From positions 884,979 through 948,978 of the forward strand of contig NW_018408845.1 of NCBI RefSeq assembly GCF_002113885.1: a stretch of DNA of 64,000 nucleotides, given 5' to 3'. Below the pieces are notes generated by a model. It did no database searches and had not been told where the DNA came from. It worked only from the letters and a program-made list of their open reading frames with translations. How positions within the stretch are numbered: the stretch's first letter is position 1; each line of letters begins with the position of its first letter. The stretch comes from Mizuhopecten yessoensis. Taxonomy: Eukaryota. Shown here piece by piece: positions 27,795 to 39,400 of the stretch. The position numbers and the translations under genes are program-made.

Positions 27795-29561
27795 ATGTCC
27801 GAGACAGTTGAAGGCAGACTGGAGAAGGCCACATTTGCCATGGGCTGATTCTGGTTCCCAGATGCCCGGTTTGGGTGTGTCCCTGGTGTGGTTAAAACCC
27901 GAGTTGGATTCACTGGTGGTTCAACAAAGGGTGCAACATACCGAAACATGTAAGACATTGTTGTTCAACTTTATTTCTGCCTTTATGAATAGTATTGATA
28001 TACAGTAAATCTATTCTATAACGACACCATTAGAGTTTTGCTTTTAATAAATATGTAAAGAGTTTTATTACTACAGTGTTTTTCATTGCTTATCAGTGAC
28101 CATTTTCTTGATGTTTAAGAATCTAAATTAGAATATATGAATATCAATTACTAGGATTTATACTAAGAAGGTTTGAAGGAAATAATTTCATGTTTCAGAG
28201 GTGATCACACTGAAACTGTCGCCTTGGACTTTGATCCAAATAAGATCAGCTTTGGTGAGTTACTGGAGATGTTCTGGACAAATCACAGCCCTTTTTCAAA
28301 GAGTAGTAACCAATACATGTCTGCCATCTTTTATCATAGCACAAAACAGAAGATGGTGGCAGAAGAATCGAGGGACAAATTCCAAAAGGAAATGACAAGA
28401 CCCATAGCAACGAAAATCCTTCCTGCTGGTGAATTCTACAATGCTGAAGAGTAGGTATACCCTAGTCTTTAACAACAGACATAACTTTTGATACATGCTA
28501 CTCTGTAATGTATAGGCCACTATCTGTTACATTGCATGCACATGTCAAATTATCAAGTTTAGGAAATAAAGTCAGAGCAGATTGCCCGCAGGTTATATGC
28601 TACATAAAAACTATTATACCCAATGAATACTGGGTTTCTTTTCAACGTCAGGTAATGGACCTCTCACCCATACTTCTCTGGATATGTAACCACGTTAGTT
28701 ATCAGTGCTTTTGTTTTAGATAAACATGTTTTAACTTGTATATCCTTGACATACCAATAGCACTTTTCATTATTCTGATGTCAACAACCATGTTGTGTTG
28801 TAGACATACGTTTTGGTTGTTCACTTACTGTTCTACAGTTACCACCAGAAGTACATGCTGAGGCAGCACAAAGATTTTCTAAACAAACTGAATCTCTCTG
28901 ATGAAGACATTGTTACTTCTCATGTGGCTGCCAGGCTCAATGGCTATGTGGGGGGCTTTGGTTCCTTAGAGCAGTTTGATCAGGTGAGCATGTCAGATTT
29001 AGCTTTACTTACTTTTGTGTTTGTGAAACAAAAGTCTCTGTCAGTACTGTATAACAAGGAAACTTTGTCCATTAAAAACATTCACCCTTCATAAGTTAAG
29101 TCCATATTAAAGAACTTCTCAGTGGAATTATTTTTAATACTACATTCACCAATGTGATAAATTTGCCCTCATAATAGAGGGCAAAATCAGCAAAGGTTAA
29201 ACTATGGAAAACATTTACTGATATACATTATTTCATGAGGATCTCTAAGCACTATACATGTACTGTAAATCCAAACACAGAATTGACTGTAAGCTCATTG
29301 TTTCTAAAGATTATTAGAATTGGTGGTGTACCTTTATACAGTATTACTGACGTGTCAGTACAAGGTGGTTCAGGATTGAAGCATGATGTTCTGATAATAG
29401 TTTTCTAGAGCATTGTTTATTATTGACACTTCAGTTTTGTATTCGACATAAACCCATTGATGATCCTTATCTTACAATTCCAGGAGTGTGATTTGTTTGG
29501 CTTATCAGAACATCAACAATCATTTGTAAGAAAACAAATCCAGAAGAGACAGAAGAATTAA
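27795..29561 (+). CDS. MSRA: Selenoprotein methionine-S-sulfoxide reductase A (Sec-MsrA), 209 aa, 4 coding exons
   Basis: Exons 27795-27949, 28199-28450, 28839-28983 and 29484-29561; all GT-AG, phases consistent, 630 nt. Protein: MSETVEGRLEKATFAMG-U(TGA 27846-27848)-FWFPDARFGCVPGVVKTRVGFTGG...IGDHTE...QYMSAIFY...FYNAEDYHQKY...ARLNGYVGG. The UGA sits at the catalytic Cys of the MsrA GCFW motif, and a SECIS is present in the 3'UTR. Confidence 0.95.
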
Positions 29562-29572
29562 GCAATGAAGTG

Positions 29573-29722
29573 GTATTCCAGTACCAGGATGCATGCTGAG
29601 ATCGGACATACTGATTATACAGTATTCCAGTACCAGGATGTATGCTGAGATCGGACATACTGATTATAAAGTATTCCAGTACCAGGACGTATGCTGAGAT
29701 CGGACATACTGATTATACAGTA
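29573..29722. repeat. 49-bp minisatellite in MsrA 3'UTR copy 1 (~3 units)
   Basis: GTATTCCAGTACCAGGATGTATGCTGAGATCGGACATACTGATTATACA, period 49. Confidence 0.9.
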
Positions 29723-30016
29723 ATATCAACTTAGTTACCATGGTTCCAAACCTCACCTTTGGGCTCAAACCCCACTTTTGGGCTCAAACCTCACTTTAGG
29801 GCTCCCATGGCCTGGTGTTTATAGGATTGTTACACATATTATAGTACTACTGTTTTACAACCAGGCTCTCCACTCTTCTCTTCTCTAAATACCAGTATAA
29901 TATCCACTGTATCTTGTTTTATATTATTCTACCGCTGGTACCAATTCTGACAATGGCTGTACATTTACTCCGATTTTGTACAACACAGGGCTTTCCTATC
30001 AGCCATACAGTATACT

Positions 30017-30086
30017 CAAAATATCAGTAAATGAAGGTGAAAGTTGAAAGCATTAGACTTTGTCCTGATGTAGTGCATGATATTTG
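30017..30086 (+). promoter_or_regulatory. SECIS element (type I), copy 1
   Basis: Helix I AAATATCA/TGATATTT; core AUGA(30031)...UGAU; helix II AGG..AAAGUU / GACUUU..CCU; unpaired AAA 12 nt after the core UGA. Confidence 0.85.
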
Positions 30087-30325
30087 TTGTAGAAGAATAT
30101 GGCTGATTGGACAGCAGTGTGCTGTCTGTGATATTCGATATTTTCAAATACATTTTATTATTTGTATTCAACACTATTTACAGTTATCTTGTTTTTCTTA
30201 CTTATGTATTCAATTTAAAACTAAACCAAATGAGTTCTAGTTTCAAGATCAAAGGACATGAAGCATTGTATGTCAATTTTGTATTAGACATAAACCCATT
30301 GATGATCCTTATCTTACAATTCCAG

Positions 30326-30403
30326 GAGTGTGATTTGTTTGGCTTATCAGAACGTCAACAATCATTTGTAAGAAAACAAATCCAGGAGACACAGAAGAAT
30401 TAA
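30326..30403 (+). CDS. MSRA: Duplicated alternative terminal exon of Sec-MsrA (ECDLFGLSERQQSFVRKQIQETQKN*)
   Basis: Near-identical copy of 29484-29561, 842 bp downstream, with an intact TTCCAG acceptor and stop; three amino-acid differences. Confidence 0.6.
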   Translation, partial: ECDLFGLSERQQSFVRKQIQETQKN

Positions 30404-30413
30404 GCAATGAAGT

Positions 30414-31132
30414 GGTATTCCAGTACCAGGATGTATGCTGAGATCGGACATACTGATTATACAGTATTCCAGTGCCAGGATGTATGCTGAGATCGGACAT
30501 ACCGATTATACAGTATTCCAGTACCAGGATGTATGCTGAGATCGGACATACTAATTATACAGTATTTCAGTACCAGGATGTATGCTGAGATCGGACATAC
30601 TGATTATACAGTATTCCAGTACCAGGAGGTATGCTGAGATCGGACATACTGATTATAAAGTATTCCAGTACCAGGACGTATGCTGAGATCGAACATACTG
30701 ATTATACAGTATTCCAGTATTCAGTATTCCAGTACCAGGATGTATGCTTAGATCAGACATACTGATTATACAGTATTCTAGTACCAGGACGTATGCTGAG
30801 ATCGGACATACTGATTATACAGTATTCCAGTATACAGTATTCCAGTACCAGGATGTATGCTGAGATCAGACATACTGATTATACAGTATTCCAGTACCAG
30901 GACGTATGCTGAGATCGGACATACTGATTATACAGTATTCCAGTACCAAGATGTATGCTGAGATCGGACATACTGATTATACAGTATTCCAGTTCCAGGA
31001 TGTATGCTGAGATCGGACATACTGATTATACAGTATTCCAGTACCAAGATGTATGCTGAGATCGGACATACTGATTATAAAGTATTCCAGTACCAGGACG
31101 TATGCTGAGGTCGGACATACTGATTATACAGT
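30414..31132. repeat. 49-bp minisatellite in MsrA 3'UTR copy 2 (~14 units)
   Basis: Same unit as 29573-29722, expanded. Confidence 0.92.
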
Positions 31133-31427
31133 AATATCAACTTAGTTACCATGGTTCCAAACCTCACCTTTGGGCTCAAACCTCACTTTTGGGCTCAAAC
31201 CTCACCTTTGGGCTCCCATGGTCTGGTGTTCATAAGATTGTTACACATATTATAGTAGTACTGTTTTACAACCAGGCTCTCCACTCTCTCTTCTCTAAAT
31301 ACCAGTATAATATCCACTGTATCATGTTTTATATTATTCTACCGCTGGTACCAATTCTGACGATGGCTGTACATTTACTCTGATTTTGTACAACACAGGG
31401 CTTTCCTATCAGCCATACAGTATACTC

Positions 31428-31496
31428 CAAATATCATTAAATGAAGGTGAAAGTTGAAAGCATTAGACTTTGTCCTGATGTAGTGCATGATATTTG
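31428..31496 (+). promoter_or_regulatory. SECIS element (type I), copy 2
   Basis: Same core, helix II and AAA loop as copy 1; helix I is a perfect 10-bp CAAATATCAT/ATGATATTTG. Confidence 0.87.
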
Positions 31497-32221
31497 TTGT
31501 AGAAGAATATGGCTGATTGGACAGCAGTGTGCTGTCTGTGATATTTGATATTTTCAAATACATTTTATTTGTATTCAACACTTTTTACAGTTATCTTGTT
31601 TTTCTTACTTATGTATTCAATTTAAAACTAAACCAAATGAGTTCTAGTTTCAAGATCAAAGGACATGAAGCTTTGCATGTCATGATTAAGGGGAAATAAC
31701 TTTCCAGTTTTTGCTCAAAATGTGACCTTTTCATTTACAGGAAAGAACCAGTATTTTTTTTTACCACTGACCTGTGAAAGTCCTTTTGCAAGGGTCATCA
31801 GGAAATATCAAACCTCTAGGTCCATTGCTATTTCATAAAGGAACTACTTGGGTCCGACTATTCAAACCATAAGGATGGATCAATGAGAGCAGACCTGTTA
31901 TTTCTGTTTTTTGGGGTTCTTTTTGCATAAAATTTTACTTGAAACTTTCTACAAAGCATACTTTCTTTCTGTAGGTATGGTATCATATTGATACTTAGTT
32001 CGATTCAATTTCTTTGCAATCCAAGGGTTCCTCTCACTTAAGATTCAAGTATGTCATGACAAATTGGAAGGCTCTATGTTCACCACCTTGCACGTGAATA
32101 GGATACATGTAGATGAGTTTGATTCTTTGATGCACCTAAAAAATAAATGCAGCAGGATAATGGTAAAACTGACTGGCTCTTAAGTCAGGTATCACTTCTC
32201 TATAATCTTCAAAGGACAGGT

Positions 32222-32388
32222 CATCCTCGATATCCAGGGGTTACGCTCACTTTCGCTCTCTGCACCCCTGGAATATGTCATTGCAAAATTGAAGGCTCGG
32301 TGTGCGCCACCTTGTTGATGAGACAAGAAGACATATTCCAGGGGTGCAGAGAACATAAGTTAGCGTAACCCCTGGATTATCGAGGATG
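32222..32388. mobile_element. MITE family B, short copy with a 9-bp TSD
   Basis: CATCCTCGATATCCAGGGGTTACGCT...AGCGTAACCCCTGGATTATCGAGGATG; flanks AGGACAGGT / AGGACATGT. Confidence 0.85.
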
Positions 32389-32944
32389 AGGACATGTATC
32401 AGCGTAGTGATTGGTCAGTTTATACCCAAAACCAATTAAATGCCTAACCATGTGCGTTCCATTTTGTAATTAAATATTCCAAGAGTGTAGAGATGAGTGT
32501 AAATGGAACCTTAAGATTTCAAAGGTAATTTTCTTTAAAACAACACCCTTAATGACAAGTGACTCCAAATAAAAGCAGCACCATTCAGTAAATAAAAACA
32601 AATCCTTGGGACAAAACACAAGTGACCCTTCATTAACTTAAAATATGTTTAATTAAATTTCCAGCACTCGCATGTTAGTCATTACATTGGTAATAACCTC
32701 AATATTATTTACAGACTACAAATGCATCTTTGAGATAAAAATCATACAACGTAAATATTAATGATATTCAATTTCTTTTGGTAACAAAAATTAGTATAAA
32801 GCACACTATAGAATGTCCACAGATAGAGTGAGCATAAAGAGTAAAGATGTACAAAAAGAAATATTAAATGATAATAATAATAAAAACAGACAGAAAATAA
32901 TTGAATGAATACACATAATAACAAATCTGGATATTCACACATGT

Positions 32945-35320
32945 TGGAATGTATTCCAGAATGATTCCACATACTGGGTATGTACAACAACAGCCCAGTG
33001 ATACATGTATTCCAGAATGATTCCACATACAGGGTATGTACAACAACCGCCCTGTGATACATGTATTCCAGAATGATTCCAATTACAGGGTATGTACAAC
33101 AACCGCCCTGTGATACATGTATTCCAGAATGATTCCACATACTGGGTATGTACAACAACCGCCCAGTGATACATGTATTCCAGAATGATTCCACATACAG
33201 GGTATGTACAACAACCGCCCAGTGATACATGTATTCCAGAATGATTCCACATACAGGGTATGTACAACAACAGCCCAGTGATACATGTATTCCAGAATGA
33301 TTCCACATACTGGGTATGTACAACAACAGCCCAGTGATACATGTATTCCAGAATGATTCCACATACAGGGTATGTACAACAACAGCCCAGTGATACATGT
33401 ATTCCAGAATGATTCCACATACTGGGTATGTACAACAACAGCCCAGTGATACATGTATTCCAGAATGATTCCACATACAGGGTATGTACAACAACAGCCC
33501 AGTGATACATGTATTCCAGAATGATTCCACATACTGGGTATGTACAACAACAGCCCAGTGATACATGTATTCCAGAATGATTCCACATACAGGGTATGTA
33601 CAACAACAGCCCAGTGATACATGTATTCCAGAATGATTCCACATACTGGGTATGTACAACAACAGCCCAGTGATACATGTATTCCAGAATGATTCCACAT
33701 ACAGGGTATGTACAACAACAGCCCAGTGATACATGTATTCCAGAATGATTCCACATACTGGGTATGTACAACAACAGCCCAGTGATACATGTATTCCAGA
33801 ATGATTCCACATACAGGGTATGTACAACAACAGCCCAGTGATACATGTATTCCAGAATGATTCCACATACTGGGTATGTACAACAACAGCCCAGTGATAC
33901 ATGTATTCCAGAATGATTCCACATACAGGGTATGTACAACAACAGCCCAGTGATACATGTATTCCAGAATGATTCCACATACTGGGTATGTACAACAACA
34001 GCCCAGTGATACATGTATTCCAGAATGATTCCACATACAGGGTATGTACAACAACAGCCCAGTGATACATGTATTCCAGAATGATTCCACATACTGGGTA
34101 TGTACAACAACAGCCCAGTGATACATGTATTCCAGAATGATTCCACATACAGGGTATGTACAACAACAGCCCAGTGATACATGTATTCCAGAATGATTCC
34201 ACATACTGGGTATGTACAACAACAGCCCAGTGATACATGTATTCCAGAATGATTCCACATACAGGGTATGTACAACAACAGCCCAGTGATACATGTATTC
34301 CAGAATGATTCCACATACTGGGTATGTACAACAACAGCCCAGTGATACATGTATTCCAGAATGATTCCACATACAGGGTATGTACAACAACAGCCCAGTG
34401 ATACATGTATTCCAGAATGATTCCACATACTGGGTATGTACAACAACAGCCCAGTGATACATGTATTCCAGAATGATTCCACATACAGGGTATGTACAAC
34501 AACAGCCCAGTGATACATGTATTCCAGAATGATTCCACATACTGGGTATGTACAACAACAGCCCAGTGATACATGTATTCCAGAATGATTCCACATACTG
34601 GGTATGTACAACAACAGCCCAGTGATACATGTATTCCAGAATGATTCCACATACTGGGTATGTACAACAACAGCCCAGTGATACATGTATTCCAGAATGA
34701 TTCCACATACTGGGTATGTACAACAACAGCCCAGTGATACATGTATTCCAGAATGATTCCACATACTGGGTATGTACAACAACAGCCCAGTGATACATGT
34801 ATTCCAGAATGATTCCACATACTGGGTATGTACAACAACAGCCCAGTGATACATGTATTCCAGAATGATTCCACATACTGGGTATGTACAACAACAGCCC
34901 AGTGATACATGTATTCCAGAATGATTCCACATACTGGGTATGTACAACAACAGCCCAGTGATACATGTATTCCAGAATGATTCCACATACAGGGTATGTA
35001 CAACAACAGCCCAGTGATACATGTATTCCAGAATGATTCCACATACAGGGTATGTACACAACCGCCCTGTGATACATGTATTCCAGAATGATTCAATATA
35101 CTGGGTATGTACAACAGCCCAGTGATACATGAAGCAACAGATACATGTATTCCAGAATGATTCAATATACTGGGTATGTACAACAGCCCAGTGATACATG
35201 TAATCCAGAATGATTCCACATACAGAGTATGTACACAACCGCCCTGTGTTACATGAATTCCAGAATGATTCCACATACTGGGTATGTACAACAACAGCCC
35301 AGTGATACATGAAGCAACAG
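32945..35320. repeat. 56-bp tandem satellite (~42 units)
   Basis: ACATACTGGGTATGTACAACAACAGCCCAGTGATACATGTATTCCAGAATGATTCC, period 56 (33181 to 33237). Confidence 0.97.
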
Positions 35321-36491
35321 GTACACCAGCAGAACATAAGATTACAGAAACGACTTTTTTCAAGTTAGGTATGGCACAAAATGTGGAAAAATAACATTCA
35401 ACTTCGAATTTGTCCAGCAATACAGTGTCGCTGTTGTGACTGCCTGTAAGTTGATGTGAAAGGAAATATGAGAAATTGCAGTGGAAGAAAAATGATCAGA
35501 TCACTATTTTGAAAAAAAGCTATCAGTTTCAAGGCTTAGCTATTTCAAAGTGATATTGAAACAAGCACAATGGTAGAGACAGCACTGAGACGGACTGAAT
35601 GTCAACATGACAATACAGTGTACAAGTATTTAATGTCAGCTGAACTGACAGCAGATTTATACAATATAATGCAATTATTGCACTTTACTAAATACATGTA
35701 TAATAATTGATATTTAGGAGAATAAAGATCAAAATTCTGAGATTTCCACAATTAGCAATGGATAAAATACGATAAAACCTATGTAAAGCATGACATAGTT
35801 GACCTGTTCAACTACTCATTTTTCCCTTTATGGGTTAAACCCATCTAATCTGACAGGGTTATACAAAAATAAATGCCCACTTAAAGCAAAAGTTGGTTAA
35901 AATACCTGCATCAGTACTTTAAGATGCCATCTACCCCAGGGGTTGTCGCAGCTTTCATCTCCGAACAAGATGACATTTCTGACTCAAATTAAAGTAGTCT
36001 TTTAAAGATCAGTAACTGTTTCCTTTTCCCCTTCTGAAACTGAAAGATGCCAAAACTTTCAATTATTTGATGTTAATTAATTCCCTTGACCATGGAATGC
36101 CCCTTGTCTAATTAGGTTAAAAATCCCTTCACCAGTACTAAAGGAGTAAGATTAACCCTCATTCCCATTTTGGGGTCCACCTACATTTAAATGTTTTCCC
36201 CTGTCCTCACTACAAAACCTGTCAATCATTTCAGACCCCAACACCATTAAAACATTAATAAAAAGGCCTCCGTGTATAATCATAATGTGGAATAGCACTT
36301 AAGTATTTCTTCAAAAGCTAAATAAATAAGTCAGTCAACTATGCGTCTTGTCTTGGTTGTATCATTTGAGATTTTCCTTTGGATTGTACTTCCTGAGATT
36401 CTACTCCACTTTGAGATTGTTGATAGTTGTATGGCCTGTACCAGCAGTGTAGTTTCCGAGTATCACAGATATGAGCAGTCTTCCATATTTA

Positions 36492-39400
36492 CTAGTGAGG
36501 CCATGAACACTTGTGTGGTTTTGGAGAAGGTGGGGAATAGCACTTGTTACCTCCCTTGTCACATCCAGGGGGCGCCCAGTTCTAAAAACGAAAATTGAAC
36601 AAGTTTAATACATGTCATGGTGTCCTTGGTATGACCATATCTGCTATTCTGTCTTTTCGTATTGCAGAGTAATCTGCTCTTGTGAGCAGGTATTGATTGT
36701 TACGTCATTTGTTTGTGAGATAACGTCATAATATTTTGAGAAAACGACGTAATTTTCTCACACAAACTAATGACGCAACAATCAACACCTGCTCACAATA
36801 GCAGATAAATCTGCATTACGAAAAGACAGAATATGGTAACATGCAGCAACCTTTGACCTTACTAAACAACCACACTGCCATAAATGTTAAGTCATAGCTT
36901 GCACAAATTATGTTAAGTATCATACAGTCTATGCAAATAGTCTACACAAGATTGTTTCACTTATTTGTGAACAACTTTCAATATGGCAGCATCATTTAAT
37001 GACAAATGTTGTTTGGCTTAATCAATGTTTTTCTCACATATGAGTGAAAATTTAGAACACTCCAAGCAAGACAATCTGCGTGTTCAGGTTTTCTTAAAGG
37101 CCATGCTAATTGGTAAAAATATTTCTTCACACAGTTTTGAATTGAGAGCAAATGATCAAGGTATAACTTGCCATAATAGCATCATCACACATGTTGAGCT
37201 GTGGTGTGCCGGGTACCAGGTGTTTGAGGTGGACAGCTACAACCCCCTGTATTTCTGGAATCACTTTCTTGTATTCCTCAGTGGTAGATCTGGAAAGTTC
37301 AAATACAGGTAGAGAGTCCTGCATCGTTGGATACCCACGGTTGATTTCGTACCGAAGCGAAATCAACCGTGGGTATCCGATGATGAGAGTCCTGATACTT
37401 CTACTGTATTTTGTTACAGGCTTTGATTGAATACTTCCCTGTTAAATTTATAATATTTTGTCTATATTGATGCTTAGGAGTTGGAACATTATGAAAATCT
37501 TCTTAGTAATATTGCATCAATGGAACAGATATGACTGGTAGTGCAATGGATACAAACTCCCTACTTTATAATCAAGAGGTCCAGAGATTCAACCCCTGTA
37601 CATGTATGGGAAAAGTTTTGTGAAGAAAAGAAATTACGATATATATTTTCTTTCCTATATAACCTTTTGGTACAATAAATGAACAAACTGTTACAAGCAT
37701 CTGCAAATTAAAAACAACCAGACAAATGAACTCTTCTTCATTGGAGGTAGAACACAAAGCACTGGGACTCTCTTCCTTTAAATTAAATTACTACATGTAT
37801 GAGTACTTGATATCCTATGGTCATATTTTTTCTATTTTAAAACATTAAGTTGTGTTCAATGTTTCATTCAATAGACACACTGAAGAGTATGACATTGAAC
37901 TTAGTCCATAGTCCCCCCACACAAACAGATAAACAAAGTCTGTAAATAGAGAATTCTGAATCAAATAGATTACTTGATGAAGTATTTCTCGCCTGGATCC
38001 CTGTTGATGTGGAACAGTAACCATGGATCGTGTTCGACCTGATCATGTGTTGTTACGTTCTGTATCTCTTCTCCAGGACAGAAGTTAACACCCTGTCAAC
38101 ACAAAACAAGTGGAAATGTTAAGTAACTTTCAGGTTATTAATGATATTCATGTTAAAATGATAAAAAAAAAAATGAGAAAGTGAGCAAGGCTCACGATGC
38201 CTCCTGCTCCTGCTGGATTCATTGTGAAATTTTATTTTAAGTAAATGTACCTGTGAGCTTTCATCTAAATCAGTCAACCATATGAACAAATTTCAACTAT
38301 TCTAACAATCATCATATATTTTAGAGTGGAGACTTTCATTAACTGTGTACCGGGAAACTTTCATTCATGCAAACATTCAGCCTTCACCAATAAAATCAAC
38401 TTTTTCCCAGTGTAAATTTTGCCCCTCCCATTAAATTACTATTTATAATATGCTGTCTACTTATATGAAAATCAAGTGATCGTCTTGTTGACATGCAATT
38501 TGATTATGACATAATTATATAACATCATTTTATGACGACCTAAAAACATGCAGTATGGTATCCGATAGCGATCTGTTGATTCTAACCTGCTGTCCCCTTC
38601 ATATTAACCTACAACAGAACCCATCACGTAAAACTCCTCTACATCACACCTCACCCTGTTAAACTCCTGTATAGAATTAGTCCAGGTCCAGAGGTGTGCC
38701 TTATAATCACCCAGACGTACTGCCATCAACGTGTTCCCACGATAGTAAAACACTGGCCTACAAGATACCAGCATATATCAGAGTACTTTTGGAGGAAGAT
38801 GATTTTTTGCCCTTACTTTTGATACTTTTTCAAAAACCCAAAATTTCTTTTCCAATTATATTCTAAAGTTGGCAAGTACAGAACTAAAATCAATGAAAAT
38901 TAAGTCTACCCTACATGTTATACCAGTGTCAGAGTTATCTCCCTTACACAGTACATGTATTTTATACTTAACTATAATTAACTTTCCAACACATTATACC
39001 TGTGATTTAATTATTATGAATGCCCATCAATGTAAACATTTATTTATCAGAAAATTGTTTTTATGATAACCCGTGTTCTCCAAACTATTTACCAGTGCAG
39101 ATTGTAAAAGTTCCCACAAACAGGTTGTCTGAACACAATTCATATATCTTATTTAACAGTTGCTATATCGAATACTAAACAGAAAGAAAAATGTTACATT
39201 TTACATAATATATCAGTTCAGTATTGATTACACCCATATTCAGAATATGTATCTCCCTTATAATTTTAACATCACCATTAACTAATAATTGTTATTTAGG
39301 CATGCATTCTAGTGTACTTTTTAAACAAGGTAAAAAGTAATTAACAAAGTGTAAATTTCCATTCAAAACAGATATTTTGGAATTCTACGTTAAAGAAGAA

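Noticed and set aside
27795-27949. MsrA as a pseudogene because of the in-frame TGA
   Set aside because: The TGA is at the catalytic position, the rest of the frame and splice sites are intact, and a SECIS is present.
32742-35420. 892, 800 and 664 aa ORFs on the minus strand
   Set aside because: Three-frame translations of a stop-free 56-bp satellite; no domain or splice structure.
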